A stretch of DNA of 64,000 nucleotides from Bacteroidales bacterium (GTDB taxonomy: Bacteria; Bacteroidota; Bacteroidia; Bacteroidales; WCHB1-69): the NCBI GenBank assembly GCA_045130235.1, contig JBGUPJ010000025.1, positions 16,873 through 80,872 of the forward strand, read 5' to 3'. This document shows, piece after piece, positions 1 through 8,863 of this stretch (the first letter of the stretch is position 1; the number at the start of each line of letters is the position of its first letter). Made by a program: the position numbers and the translations under genes. The notes under the pieces were generated by a model. It saw nothing but the letters and a program-made list of their open reading frames with translations. It had not been told where the DNA came from and made no database searches.

Positions 1-684
1 GATGGGCTGCTCCTGCGTGCCCACCGCCTGGATATTGCCGTAGCGGTAAATCCATAGTCCAGCGCCATTGTGGAAGTAGATGGTGGTTCCGGGGTCGATG
101 ATGAGCGTGCCGAGCGAGTCTACCGCCGCATAGCCGCCGTAGATGACGTACGGTAAGTCGTTGGTCCAGTGTACGGTCTCATGTTCGTGGGCGATGATTT
201 TGTAGCGCAGGCTGCTCCCTTGGTCGGCCACGATGAAGTGGGCATTCTGCCCGTAGGCCATCAGATCCACATCCTGCATGGTCTTGCCGTGCAGAAACAC
301 CACCGAGTCGGTCACCACAAACGGCTGGCTTTGGTCGTTGGGGTTTACATTCACCTTTACATGAACGAAAATGCTGTCCTTGGCCGGAATCTCCACATCT
401 TTGAAATAGGTACCCGCTACACCGTCCACATTGATGCTGAACTGCGAGTGGTCGCCGCCCGCAAGGTAAACATCCAATTTAATGTCGTAGTTGTACGGGT
501 TATATACCCGGAAATTCTGGGTGGCCGACCCCACCGTAGTGAAAACCGTGTCGAACTGCACCAAGTCGGTGGAAAAAGTCACTTTGGAATCCTCTTCGGG
601 ATGGATTTTATGGCAGGATGAGAGCGCCACGACGGCGGTCAACAGGAGGATGCAAATGGATAGCTTGTGACGGCGGTAACTCAT
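1..684 (-). CDS. lipoprotein of unknown function, truncated by window edge (N-terminal 228 aa present)
   Basis: Not in the ORF track because it runs off the window. Reverse complement from ATG (684..682) is open to base 1: MSYRRHKLSICILLLTAVVALSSCHKIHPEEDSKVTFSTDLVQFDTVFTTVGSATQNFRVYN... It has a signal peptide with a lipobox-like LSSC. The + ORF 169..621 is its antisense shadow. Confidence 0.75.
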   Translation of the reverse strand, partial: MSYRRHKLSICILLLTAVVALSSCHKIHPEEDSKVTFSTDLVQFDTVFTTVGSATQNFRVYNPYNYDIKLDVYLAGGDHSQFSINVDGVAGTYFKDVEIPAKDSIFVHVKVNVNPNDQSQPFVVTDSVVFLHGKTMQDVDLMAYGQNAHFIVADQGSSLRYKIIAHEHETVHWTNDLPYVIYGGYAAVDSLGTLIIDPGTTIYFHNGAGLWIYRYGNIQAVGTQEQPI

Positions 685-751
685 ATTATATATAAAATGA
701 AACAAGGCTTAAACGAAAAAAAAGTGGTTTTATTTTATGGGTTAATAATGA

Positions 752-790
752 ATAAAAAAGCCGGAACCCTTGTTGTATCGGTGTTCCGGC
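752..790 (-). terminator. rho-independent terminator downstream of tRNA-Met
   Basis: Hairpin GCCGGAAC (760-767) / GTTCCGGC (783-790). On the minus strand it is followed by a T-run (A-run 754-759 on +). Confidence 0.6.
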
Positions 791-799
791 TGCTTTTCG

Positions 800-873
800 T
801 GGCGGGATCGAGAGTTGAACTCGAGACCTCCGGGTTATGAATCCGACGCTCTAACCAACTGAGCTACCCCGCC
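800..873 (-). tRNA. tRNA with CAT anticodon (Met; lysidine-Ile2 cannot be excluded by eye)
   Basis: Reverse complement GGCGGGGTAGCTCAGTTGGTTAGAGCGTCGGATTCATAACCCGGAGGTCTCGAGTTCAACTCTCGATCCCGCCA. It folds as a cloverleaf with acceptor GGCGGGG/TCCCGCC, T-arm TCGAG-TTCAACT-CTCGA and anticodon loop TTCATAA. Confidence 0.9.
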
Positions 874-888
874 ATCATTTTGAGGCTG

Positions 889-896
889 CAAAAATA
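889..896 (-). promoter_or_regulatory. -7 promoter element TAnnTTTG (TATTTTTG) for tRNA-Met
   Basis: + strand caaaaata; 16 nt upstream of the tRNA 5' end. Confidence 0.55.
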
Positions 897-1014
897 GCAC
901 TTTTTTCTTTGCCAACAGCCATCTCTATGAAAATATTTTTCAAATTGATATGAGATTGATTTTCAAATCATTAAAAATGATAATTCTTGAAAATTCTTGA
1001 AAATATTAACCCTA

Positions 1015-1743
1015 TTACGCTTGGGGCGAATTGGATATTGGGAAAATTGGCACGCCAAAACACCGATCCAGAATCAACAGAACTCCTAACAAACAGAAGA
1101 TAATGCCAATGATGCGGTTGACGTGGTAGAAAATTTTCGGGGTGACCATGTTCTTGATTTTGCCGGCAAAGAAACTCTTCAGCACATCAATGCAGAAAAT
1201 AGTGGCAAGGATGCAACCAAAAAAGGCAATCTGTTGTTTGAGGCTGAAACTGGCGGTCACGGGCAATATACCCACCCAAAGAATCCAAGCCACCGGGTTG
1301 AGAAAATTGAATAGAAAGCCTTTCGACATGGGTTTCAAGACATTCAAATACTTGTGCCGGGGTAATACGGGCTTGAGGTTGTCAATTTTGTCGTCCATCT
1401 CATGGATGCGATTTTCAACCTGCATACGCTGTTTCTCACTCACTTTGTCGCGCCTGCTGAAAAATGTGATGAGGCCGTATCCTACCAGAATACTGCCACA
1501 TACGGCTCCAAATATCTGCTGTGCGAGCGGATTTCCGAGTATGGCCGAGAAACCGAAAAGACAAAGGGAGATGGGAATCATGTCGCTCAAGGCGATGCCG
1601 AGCGCAAAGAACACACCCGACTTGAACCCCTTGGAAAGGCTGGTCTGGATAATACCGAACAACGCAGCTCCTGGCGATATGGAGATGATCAGCCCGGTGC
1701 CGATGGCGTTCAAAAGAATTTTCCAGAGCATACTATAATCCAT
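1015..1743 (-). CDS. LysE/RhtB-type translocator-like membrane protein
   Basis: 242 aa and multi-TM. The N-terminus (LLNAIGTGLIISISPGAALFGIIQTSLSKGFKSGVFFALGIALSDM) resembles the LysE family. The ATG overlaps the upstream stop (TAATG). Confidence 0.55.
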   Translation of the reverse strand: MDYSMLWKILLNAIGTGLIISISPGAALFGIIQTSLSKGFKSGVFFALGIALSDMIPISLCLFGFSAILGNPLAQQIFGAVCGSILVGYGLITFFSRRDKVSEKQRMQVENRIHEMDDKIDNLKPVLPRHKYLNVLKPMSKGFLFNFLNPVAWILWVGILPVTASFSLKQQIAFFGCILATIFCIDVLKSFFAGKIKNMVTPKIFYHVNRIIGIIFCLLGVLLILDRCFGVPIFPISNSPQA

Positions 1744-2492
1744 TATTCGTAATTTCCTTTCCGTTTTCCAAAATGATACGCTATATAGGCGCAGAGATAA
1801 AAGGGTTTCGCTTTGTTGAACGCCATCTGCTGCACAAATGGAAATATCATATCGATGGTTCCACCCACCTCCAATGCGTGAATGGTGTATTCGTCCTTGC
1901 TAAAGTCGAAATTGAGCCCTGTCTTGAAGTAAAAGCCAGGTCGCAACTGTGTCTCGCCAATTCCTCTGAAAAAAGGACCTCTGCAAACGATGTTGTCGAT
2001 GTTGTGTTCTTCGGGAGAGTAGCGTTCAACTCTGGAACCTGTATATAGACCGTTGTTGTCGAACTCTGCGATGTTCAGATACACCGGCAAGGCCATACCG
2101 AGCGAGAAACCACCCGACAGAGTGTATCGTATCCGCACGCCGCCCCAATAGGGCTTCTGGTGGATGGTGCGCTGGTATCCGTACCCGCCGCGAAGAAAGA
2201 AAAGATCGCACAACTTTCCGTATGCAAATGCTTTAGAAACAGCATAATACGAGCGAGCTCTTACCGCCTTGTAGTGGAAGTTGTACAGAAAGTCCAACTC
2301 CCAAAAGTGCTTGTCGGAATAGGTGGGCGTGCGCCCATGCTGGAATCCTACGCCACCCCCATTCGTGTTGAGGAAAGCGTTGACACTCCACTCCTTCACA
2401 ATCACTTTCTTCCATTCCACCTCACCTACATCCTGACAGAATGCGAAGAGGGGAAGCAGAAAAAGCAGACCAACAAGGGCTCTTCTCAACAT
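1743..2492 (-). CDS. hypothetical secreted/outer-membrane protein
   Basis: 249 aa with signal peptide MLRRALVGLLFLLPLFAFCQ. The aromatic-rich alternating pattern suggests a beta-barrel. No family recognised. Confidence 0.5.
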   Translation of the reverse strand: MLRRALVGLLFLLPLFAFCQDVGEVEWKKVIVKEWSVNAFLNTNGGGVGFQHGRTPTYSDKHFWELDFLYNFHYKAVRARSYYAVSKAFAYGKLCDLFFLRGGYGYQRTIHQKPYWGGVRIRYTLSGGFSLGMALPVYLNIAEFDNNGLYTGSRVERYSPEEHNIDNIVCRGPFFRGIGETQLRPGFYFKTGLNFDFSKDEYTIHALEVGGTIDMIFPFVQQMAFNKAKPFYLCAYIAYHFGKRKGNYE

Positions 2493-2498
2493 TAGCGA

Positions 2499-2645
2499 CT
2501 ATTTCTCGGCAAGCGTGCTGTCATCAGTCTGAGAAGGAACGTCGGTGTAGTGACCGTAAGCCGGACATTTGTGTTGGTTTTCACATGCGCAAGCCAAAAG
2601 AATGACTGCTACTACAACGCAAAGACTTAAAATGAAACGTTTCAT
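2499..2645 (-). CDS. small putative lipoprotein
   Basis: MKRFILSLCVVVAVILLACACENQHKCPAYGHYTD... The start was moved to the internal ATG because the track start lies inside the promoter region. Confidence 0.4.
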   Translation of the reverse strand: MKRFILSLCVVVAVILLACACENQHKCPAYGHYTDVPSQTDDSTLAEK

Positions 2646-2667
2646 ATCAAAATATTTTTTTAATCTG

Positions 2668-2675
2668 CAAAAATA
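2668..2675 (-). promoter_or_regulatory. -7 promoter element TATTTTTG
   Basis: + strand caaaaata, 23 nt upstream of ATG 2645. Confidence 0.45.
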
Positions 2676-2734
2676 AATAAAATACATTTTAGTTTAATTA
2701 TAGGTAAAAATGATTTTTCAACAATAACAATAGA

Positions 2735-4465
2735 TTGATTATTAAGAAAATAGCTGTTTTTATGGTGATAATTGTCTTTTTTTGCGGGGATATTTTTTCG
2801 CAAAAAAATGTCATTTATACCGCAGAACAGCTATTTCCGAACCCGCCAAAACGCTCCTTGATGCCCCGCAAAGTTGCAGATTCCTCCGTCCTGCAAACCA
2901 CTCTGCCTCTGCTCGTGGCATACTACCAGCAGCAAGGATATGTGGGCTTTTCCATTGATACAGTGCGTGCCAGCGGCGACACCCTGTATGCGGATTGTTT
3001 CATCGGTCCATGCTATGGCCAAAAGTCCATCAGCATTGCCGACAGTACCTTGTCTGCGCTGCCGACAGGTACCCCCCTCCGCTCTGTGCGCAGTGGCACT
3101 CTCCCTTTGAGTGAATACGCCCGCTTCGCTGAGAAGGTGGTGCAACAATATGAAAACAACGGTCATCCGTTCTGTCAAGTTAGTATAAAAGATATTGATT
3201 TTGAGAAGGATACCATTGGAATGCTTTCTGTGGAAGCTGGTCCTTCCATTATCTTCGACTCCATCATCGTGAAAGGAGATGCCAAGGTGCGTCCATCGTT
3301 CTTGCAGCCTTATCTGAACTGGCGGCGAAAACGGCGCTACTCAGAGGCCGTGGTGAGCCAAATTCCTTCTTTGCTGGAACGGCTTCCCTATGTTACCATG
3401 ACCCGCGAGCCGGGGGTGGAGTTCGTGGGTGACCGCGCCTTCCTGTACCTTTTCCTCGACCGGCAGCGCGTCAACCAGTTTGACGGTTATATCGGACTGG
3501 TGCCTGTGAGTGCCTCCACCGGCAAGGTGATGTTCAACGGCGAGGTGACACTCAAACTGCAGAACCTCTTCACCATTGGTGAACGGCTGACATTGCAGTG
3601 GCGCACGCCGGAGCGATACTCGCAGTATTTGGACATACAAGCCGAGTTCCCGTACCTGTTTCGTACTCCCATCGGGGTGGCAGGCTCGTTCACCCTCGAC
3701 AAAAAAGATACCACCTATTTGAATATGAATTACTTGGTAGCGTTGCAGTACTCATTTGCCGGCAGCAGCAGCCTGCGGGCCAGCTACCAGTACACCACTT
3801 CGGCTCTGTTATCGCTGTCACCGAATTATGTGGCCGCTGATGACACGTTGGCCGCCGATTTCCGCAAGAGTTTGTGGGGCGTGCAACTCAATGTGAGCCG
3901 GGTGGACAACATTCTGCAGCCGTGGCAGGGGGTGGTAGCACGGGTGGGTGTGTCGGCGGGGACGCGGCGACTGCTGCACAAGGCGCAGGTTGTGGGGGAA
4001 GGAAGCTCAGAACAGCTGAAGTCAACGCACTATCTGATGGAGGCGGAGCTCAACGGGTATGTGGCCATCGGTAAGAGATGGGGATGGACGGCGGGAGTGC
4101 ACGGAGCCTCCCAGTTCGGTGGCACTTGCCTCTACAACGACCTCTTCCGTATCGGCGGCACGCATACCCTGCAAGGCTTCGATGAACAGTCGCTCTTCGC
4201 CTCCACCTATCTCATCGCCCGCACCGAGTTCCGCTTCCGGTTCGCACGGCTCTCGTACCTGTGCGCCTTCTTCAACGCCGCCTGGTACGAGCGTAACCTC
4301 AAAGGGGCGATGTACAACGACTGGCCATTCGGCTTCGGCATTGGCGCCACCATCCATACCAAAGCGGGCAACTTGTACCTCAGCTATGCGCTCGGACAGC
4401 AAAAAGAAAGCCCCTTATCTTTCAAGACAGGGAAGATTCATTTTGGAATAGATGTCAGTTTTTAG
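2735..4465 (+). CDS. Omp85/BamA-TamA-family outer membrane beta-barrel protein
   Basis: 576 aa with a signal peptide, a POTRA-like N-terminal part, and a barrel ending ...GKIHFGIDVSF with the typical terminal Phe. The track start is TTG; the alternative ATG is at 2762. Confidence 0.6.
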   Translation: MIIKKIAVFMVIIVFFCGDIFSQKNVIYTAEQLFPNPPKRSLMPRKVADSSVLQTTLPLLVAYYQQQGYVGFSIDTVRASGDTLYADCFIGPCYGQKSISIADSTLSALPTGTPLRSVRSGTLPLSEYARFAEKVVQQYENNGHPFCQVSIKDIDFEKDTIGMLSVEAGPSIIFDSIIVKGDAKVRPSFLQPYLNWRRKRRYSEAVVSQIPSLLERLPYVTMTREPGVEFVGDRAFLYLFLDRQRVNQFDGYIGLVPVSASTGKVMFNGEVTLKLQNLFTIGERLTLQWRTPERYSQYLDIQAEFPYLFRTPIGVAGSFTLDKKDTTYLNMNYLVALQYSFAGSSSLRASYQYTTSALLSLSPNYVAADDTLAADFRKSLWGVQLNVSRVDNILQPWQGVVARVGVSAGTRRLLHKAQVVGEGSSEQLKSTHYLMEAELNGYVAIGKRWGWTAGVHGASQFGGTCLYNDLFRIGGTHTLQGFDEQSLFASTYLIARTEFRFRFARLSYLCAFFNAAWYERNLKGAMYNDWPFGFGIGATIHTKAGNLYLSYALGQQKESPLSFKTGKIHFGIDVSF

Positions 4466-4510
4466 GCGAAGTTGCCCAAGCGAGATGGCTCAAGAATGAA
4501 TTCGCGAAAC

Positions 4511-4547
4511 AAAAAAGCACTTACAAAATGTTTCGTAAGTGCTTTTC
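4511..4547. terminator. bidirectional hairpin terminator
   Basis: AGCACTTAC (4516-4524) / GTAAGTGCT (4535-4543), flanked by an A-run and a T-run. It lies between the + CDS and the minus-strand tRNAs. Confidence 0.6.
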
Positions 4548-4554
4548 CAGTTCG

Positions 4555-4628
4555 TGATTCCGCCGCGATTCGAACGCGGGACCTACTGCTTAGAAGGCAG
4601 TTGCTCTATCCAGCTGAGCTACGGAACC
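4555..4628 (-). tRNA. tRNA-Arg (TCT)
   Basis: Reverse complement GGTTCCGTAGCTCAGCTGGATAGAGCAACTGCCTTCTAAGCAGTAGGTCCCGCGTTCGAATCGCGGCGGAATCA. The anticodon stem is ACTGC/GCAGT and the loop is CTTCTAA. Confidence 0.9.
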
Positions 4629-4639
4629 CTTTATTTTAT

Positions 4640-4715
4640 TGGTCGGGATGACTCGACTCGAACGAGCGACCCCTTGGTCCCAAACCAAGTATTCTGCCAA
4701 CTGAACTACATCCCG
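4640..4715 (-). tRNA. tRNA-Pro (TGG), CCA encoded
   Basis: Reverse complement CGGGATGTAGTTCAGTTGGCAGAATACTTGGTTTGGGACCAAGGGGTCGCTCGTTCGAGTCGAGTCATCCCGACCA. The anticodon loop is TTTGGGA. Confidence 0.9.
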
Positions 4716-4764
4716 TATTTCAAATCCGTATCAGAATTGATACGGATTTGAATGCTGTAACGGG

Positions 4765-5037
4765 TTATGCTTCAGCGCCTTGTTCCATCGGGATGACAGA
4801 AACAAAGGATTTTCCGCCCGTGCGTTTTTTGAATTCTACGGTACCGTCAACAAGAGCGTAGATGGTGTGATCCTTGCCCATGCCCACGTTTCTGCCGGGA
4901 TTGTGAAGAGTACCTCTCTGTCGGATGAGAATATTACCGGCTTTGCAAATCTGGCCGCCAAAAACCTTGATTCCTAAACGTTTGCTTTCGGACTCGCGAC
5001 CGTTTTGAGTACTACCGACACCTTTTTTATGAGCCAT
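4765..5037 (-). CDS. rpmA: 50S ribosomal protein L27
   Basis: [29 protein letters not shown]... is the canonical L27 N-terminus. Confidence 0.97.
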   Translation of the reverse strand: MAHKKGVGSTQNGRESESKRLGIKVFGGQICKAGNILIRQRGTLHNPGRNVGMGKDHTIYALVDGTVEFKKRTGGKSFVSVIPMEQGAEA

Positions 5038-5079
5038 AATGAATTATTTTTTTAGTGATAAAATCCGTGAATTAATTGA

Positions 5080-5391
5080 TTAAAGGTTGATGCTGTTGAT
5101 CTGGACAGAGGTCAAATACTGACGATGACCATTCAAAGTCTGATAACCTTTTCTTCTTTTCTTCTTGAAGACCAGCACTTTTTCTCCTTTGAGATGTTTC
5201 AAGACAGTGGCAGAAACTTCTGCACCAGCAACGGTGGGGGTACCCACTTTTACAGAACCGTTGTCGTCCACTAACATCACGCGGTCGAATTTTACTTCGG
5301 CACCTTCTTCAGCTTTGAGGCGATGAACAAAGATCTTCTGATCTTTTTCAATCTTAAATTGTTGCCCTGCTATTTCTACGATTGCGTACAT
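5080..5391 (-). CDS. rplU: 50S ribosomal protein L21
   Basis: [25 protein letters not shown]...; upstream of rpmA as in the conserved operon. Confidence 0.97.
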   Translation of the reverse strand: MYAIVEIAGQQFKIEKDQKIFVHRLKAEEGAEVKFDRVMLVDDNGSVKVGTPTVAGAEVSATVLKHLKGEKVLVFKKKRRKGYQTLNGHRQYLTSVQINSINL

Positions 5392-5428
5392 TTTGATTGA
5401 TTTTAGTTAGACATAATTTTTCGGGCGG

Positions 5429-5436
5429 CAAAATTA
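5429..5436 (-). promoter_or_regulatory. -7 promoter element TAATTTTG for rplU-rpmA
   Basis: + strand caaaatta, 38 nt upstream of the rplU ATG. Confidence 0.5.
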
Positions 5437-5536
5437 CAACTATTTTTTTAAATTTTCTCTTTATTTGAAAAATAAAATAATTTTTAGCGAACAATTTCGT
5501 TTCTTGTTTGTCTATGTTATATTATATGTTGAATGA

Positions 5537-6664
5537 ATGTTGATAAAAATTACGCCTATGAAAACGATCAAATTATTGATAACCACATTGTTGATTGTGA
5601 TTGTAACGGGAGTGTCGGCTCAGTCCGCTTCACGCTCGTATGTTGATTTGACTTCTGCCGCCGAGCAGTCGGTACACGCCGTTGTGCATATCAAAACCAC
5701 CTTTTCGTACCGTACTTCCGGCTGGGATGACTTCTTCAGTGGAAGTTTTTGGGAAGATTTTTTCAATTTTTCGTCACCTTTCGGCACTTACGAACAGCAG
5801 GTGATGGGTGCCGGCTCCGGCGTTATTATCAGTCCCGACGGATACATCGTCACCAACAACCATGTGGTGGAAGATGCACAAGATGTTGTGGTGACCTTGA
5901 ACGACAAGCGTGAGTTCCCCGCCACCATCGTCGGCACCGACCCGCAGACCGACCTCGCCCTCATCAAGATTGAGTGCGACGGACTGCCCACCCTCACCTT
6001 CGGCAACTCCGACCAGGTGCGGATAGGGGAGTGGGTGCTCGCTGTGGGCAACCCCTTCAACCTCACCTCTACCGTCACCGCCGGCATCGTGAGCGCCAAA
6101 GCCCGTAACCTCGACATCCTCGGCGAAAATACTTCCATTGAGTCTTTCATACAGACTGATGCAGCTGTCAATCAGGGAAATAGCGGTGGTGCTCTGGTGA
6201 ATGCCTCGGGCGAACTCATCGGCATCAACTCCGCCATCGCCAGTCATACCGGTTATTTTACGGGCTACTCCTTCGCCATCCCCTCCAACATCGCCCGTAA
6301 GGTGGTGGCGGATTTAAAAGAATATGGTATGGTGCAACGCGCTGTGCTGGCCGTCACCATCCAGGAGGTGGACAATAACGTGGCGCAGGAACTGAACCTC
6401 TCGCAGGTGAAAGGCGTATGCATCACCTCCGTTGCCGACGATGGCGCTGCCTACCGCGCTGGCCTACAGCAGTATGATGTCATCACCTCCGTCAACGGCG
6501 CGGAAGTTAATTCTGTTTCCGAACTGCGCGAAGTGCTGGCCCAGTACTCACCCGGCGACCGTGTGGAAATCGCTTACCTGCGCGACGGCAGCTCCCATAA
6601 AACACCCCTCACCCTCCTCAACAGCGAAGGCACCACCCAACTCTATTACTCCAACGGACAATAA
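5537..6664 (+). CDS. HtrA/DegP-family trypsin-like serine protease with one PDZ domain
   Basis: Catalytic motifs TNNHVV (His), DLALIKI (Asp) and GNSGGALVN (Ser), plus a C-terminal PDZ-like region. The alternative start MKTIKLL is at 5558. Confidence 0.85.
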   Translation: MLIKITPMKTIKLLITTLLIVIVTGVSAQSASRSYVDLTSAAEQSVHAVVHIKTTFSYRTSGWDDFFSGSFWEDFFNFSSPFGTYEQQVMGAGSGVIISPDGYIVTNNHVVEDAQDVVVTLNDKREFPATIVGTDPQTDLALIKIECDGLPTLTFGNSDQVRIGEWVLAVGNPFNLTSTVTAGIVSAKARNLDILGENTSIESFIQTDAAVNQGNSGGALVNASGELIGINSAIASHTGYFTGYSFAIPSNIARKVVADLKEYGMVQRAVLAVTIQEVDNNVAQELNLSQVKGVCITSVADDGAAYRAGLQQYDVITSVNGAEVNSVSELREVLAQYSPGDRVEIAYLRDGSSHKTPLTLLNSEGTTQLYYSNGQ

Positions 6665-6674
6665 TCTAATAATC

Positions 6675-6770
6675 AACTTCTTCACTTCTTCACTCCATCA
6701 CTTCTTCACCCTTCACTTTTAACTCTTAACTCTTAACTCTTAACTCTCAACTTCTCCCTCTCCCTCCATC
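6675..6770 (+). repeat. G-free short-period repeat tract (CTTCTTCAC-like units, then TTAACTC x4 at 6719-6746)
   Basis: Read directly. Bases 6665-6804 contain a single G (6777). Confidence 0.9.
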
Positions 6771-6802
6771 AATCAAGCATTAACACCAAAAACCATACCA
6801 TT

Positions 6803-7666
6803 ATGATGCGTCAAATTAAAATCTCCAACTCCATTACCAACCGCGACTCGGCTTCGTTGGAGCGTTACCTTGCCGACATTTCCAAGGCACCGCTCATCAC
6901 CGCAGACGAAGAGGTCGAGCTGGCCCGCCGTATCAAGGCAGGCGACCGCGAGGCACTGGAGAAACTCACCACCTCTAACCTGAGATTTGTTGTTTCCATT
7001 GCCAAGAAATACCAGAACCAGGGCATCTCACTGTCGGACCTGATTACCGAAGGCAATATCGGACTGCTGCGGGCCGCCGAGCGTTTCGATGAGACCCGCG
7101 GCTTCAAGTTCATCTCGTATGCCGTTTGGTGGATCCGCCAGTCGATTCTCACCGCCATCGCCGAGCAGTCGAGGGTGGTGCGTCTGCCCCTTAACCAGGT
7201 GAGCACCATCGGCAAAATCCGCAAGGAGATGTCGCGACTCGAGCAGGAACTGCTCCGCAATCCTACCATTGAGGAAATTGCTGAGGCTGTGGATCTTGCG
7301 CCCGACAAAGTAACCGACCTGCTGCGTCAGAACGGCTACCATGTTTCCATCGATGCCCCGCTGAGCGCCGACGACGACACCAAGTTCATCGACACGTTCG
7401 TGCCGGAAGGTGGCAAATCGACCGACGATGTGCTGATGTCGGAGTCGCTCACCACCGATCTCGATGCGGTGCTGGCTTCTCTTCCGCCCACCGAGCGTGA
7501 GGTGGTCAGCATGTACTTCGGTTTCCATACCAAACGCGAATACACCCTCGATGAGATCAGCGCCTGCACCTCCCTCTCCAGAGAACGCGTGCGCCAGATC
7601 AAGGAGCGCGCCATCAAGCGCCTCCGCACAGACGGGAACCAGTCGAAACTCAAAACTTATCTGTAG
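6803..7666 (+). CDS. rpoD: primary RNA polymerase sigma factor (Bacteroidota sigma-A type)
   Basis: 287 aa with sigma-70 regions 2-4 (DLITEGNIGLLRAAERFD, YAVWWIRQSI, TLDEISACTSLSRERVRQIKERA). The short N-terminus is typical of Bacteroidota. Confidence 0.95.
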   Translation: MMRQIKISNSITNRDSASLERYLADISKAPLITADEEVELARRIKAGDREALEKLTTSNLRFVVSIAKKYQNQGISLSDLITEGNIGLLRAAERFDETRGFKFISYAVWWIRQSILTAIAEQSRVVRLPLNQVSTIGKIRKEMSRLEQELLRNPTIEEIAEAVDLAPDKVTDLLRQNGYHVSIDAPLSADDDTKFIDTFVPEGGKSTDDVLMSESLTTDLDAVLASLPPTEREVVSMYFGFHTKREYTLDEISACTSLSRERVRQIKERAIKRLRTDGNQSKLKTYL

Positions 7667-7669
7667 TCT

Positions 7670-8362
7670 ATGCGGCTTGTCGTTGTACCCACCCCGATCG
7701 GGAATTTGGAAGATATCACTCTTCGGGCACTTAACGTGCTGAAAGAGGCAGACTTTGTACTTTGCGAAGATACCCGCACCACCAAAAATCTGCTCCGCCA
7801 TTTTGAGCTGGAGAAGACCTGCTTCGCATACCATATTCATAATGAGCACCAGCAGCTGGAGCATATCATCCGGCAGATTCAGCAGGCGGAAATGGTGGCG
7901 CTTACCTCCGATGCGGGAACTCCCTGCATCTCTGACCCTGGCTATCTGTTGGTGCGGGAGTGCGTGCGGCAAGGTATCGAGGTGGAGTGCCTGCCCGGTG
8001 CCACTGCGCTGATTCCGGCACTCGTCAACTCCGCCCTTCCCGCCAGCAGCTTCAAATTCTACGGTTTCATTCCCCATAAAAAAGGCAAAGAGACCTGTCT
8101 CAAGCAGATGGCTGCCGCTCAGGAGACCTCCATCTTTTATGAATCACCCTACCGTTTGGTGAAAACTTTGGAGATGATGATGCCATTTTTTGGCACAGAC
8201 AGGGCCGTTTGTGTCTGCCGTGAGCTGACCAAAATCCATGAGGAGAACTTCCGGGGCACGTTGCAGGAGGCGCTCCAGCATTTCTCTGCCAAAGAGGTGA
8301 AAGGCGAGATTGTGGTGGTGGTGGAACCCGCGCCGGATGACCATCAAACGGAATCTAAATGA
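7670..8362 (+). CDS. rsmI: 16S rRNA (cytidine1402-2'-O)-methyltransferase
   Basis: MRLVVVPTPIGNLEDITLRALNVLKEADFVLCEDTRTTKNLL... is the RsmI signature. Confidence 0.9.
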   Translation: MRLVVVPTPIGNLEDITLRALNVLKEADFVLCEDTRTTKNLLRHFELEKTCFAYHIHNEHQQLEHIIRQIQQAEMVALTSDAGTPCISDPGYLLVRECVRQGIEVECLPGATALIPALVNSALPASSFKFYGFIPHKKGKETCLKQMAAAQETSIFYESPYRLVKTLEMMMPFFGTDRAVCVCRELTKIHEENFRGTLQEALQHFSAKEVKGEIVVVVEPAPDDHQTESK

Positions 8363-8745
8363 GCCCACACATGGAAAGAATTTGGCATAGTGGAAGCGTA
8401 ATTCATGGTCATGAGAATGGCAGAAAATGGCATTATCCGACCATCAATTTAGCTGATATACATCCTGTTATGTCGATAGAGGCGGGGGTGTATGCCGCAA
8501 AGGTCAAGGTCGCTGAAAAAACGCTGGCTGCGATGCTCTATTGTGGTCATCGGCCCACGCTGAACCTGTCGGAGCCGGTGGTGGAGCTTCATCTTTTGGA
8601 CTTTCAGGGCGATTTGTATGGGCAGCAGGTGGAGTTTATGGTGCTGGATCGGGTGAGGGGAGAGCAGAAATTCGCCTCGGTGGACGAACTGGCCGCGCAG
8701 CTCCGTGCCGACGAGCTGGCGATTCGCAGACTGCTGAATCTGTAA
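8359..8745 (+). CDS. stand-alone riboflavin kinase domain protein
   Basis: 128 aa matching the RibF C-terminal domain (GRKWHYPTINLA, GVYAAKV, CGHRPTLN, ELHLLDFQGDLYG, RGEQKFASVDEL). There is no FAD-synthetase domain. It overlaps rsmI by 4 nt (ATGA). Confidence 0.8.
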   Translation: MSPHMERIWHSGSVIHGHENGRKWHYPTINLADIHPVMSIEAGVYAAKVKVAEKTLAAMLYCGHRPTLNLSEPVVELHLLDFQGDLYGQQVEFMVLDRVRGEQKFASVDELAAQLRADELAIRRLLNL

Positions 8746-8761
8746 CCGCAGATTTTTTTTT
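8736..8761 (+). terminator. weak hairpin plus T9 run after the riboflavin kinase gene
   Basis: AATCTG (8737-8742) / CAGATT (8749-8754) followed by T-run 8753-8761. Confidence 0.4.
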
Positions 8762-8834
8762 AAGTCACGTGGGGGAATTATTTCAGAGAAACGCTCTTTT
8801 ACTCCGTAGTGATTGCGTATTGAATAAAATTTTG

Positions 8835-8842
8835 TATTTTTG
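8835..8842 (+). promoter_or_regulatory. -7 promoter element TATTTTTG
   Basis: It overlaps the track's TTG start (8840), so the kinase start is placed at ATG 8864. Confidence 0.5.
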
Positions 8843-8863
8843 TTCCCCATCATTTTGTTCGCA

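Noticed and set aside
169-621. 150-aa + strand ORF at the window start
   Set aside because: The minus strand is open from 684 to base 1 and encodes a convincing lipoprotein signal sequence. The + ORF is its shadow.
4539-4751. 70-aa ORF starting at GTG
   Set aside because: It lies entirely over tRNA-Arg and tRNA-Pro on the opposite strand.
7028-8077. 349-aa minus-strand ORF spanning rpoD and rsmI
   Set aside because: It crosses two well-supported + strand genes and their junction, and has no recognisable family.
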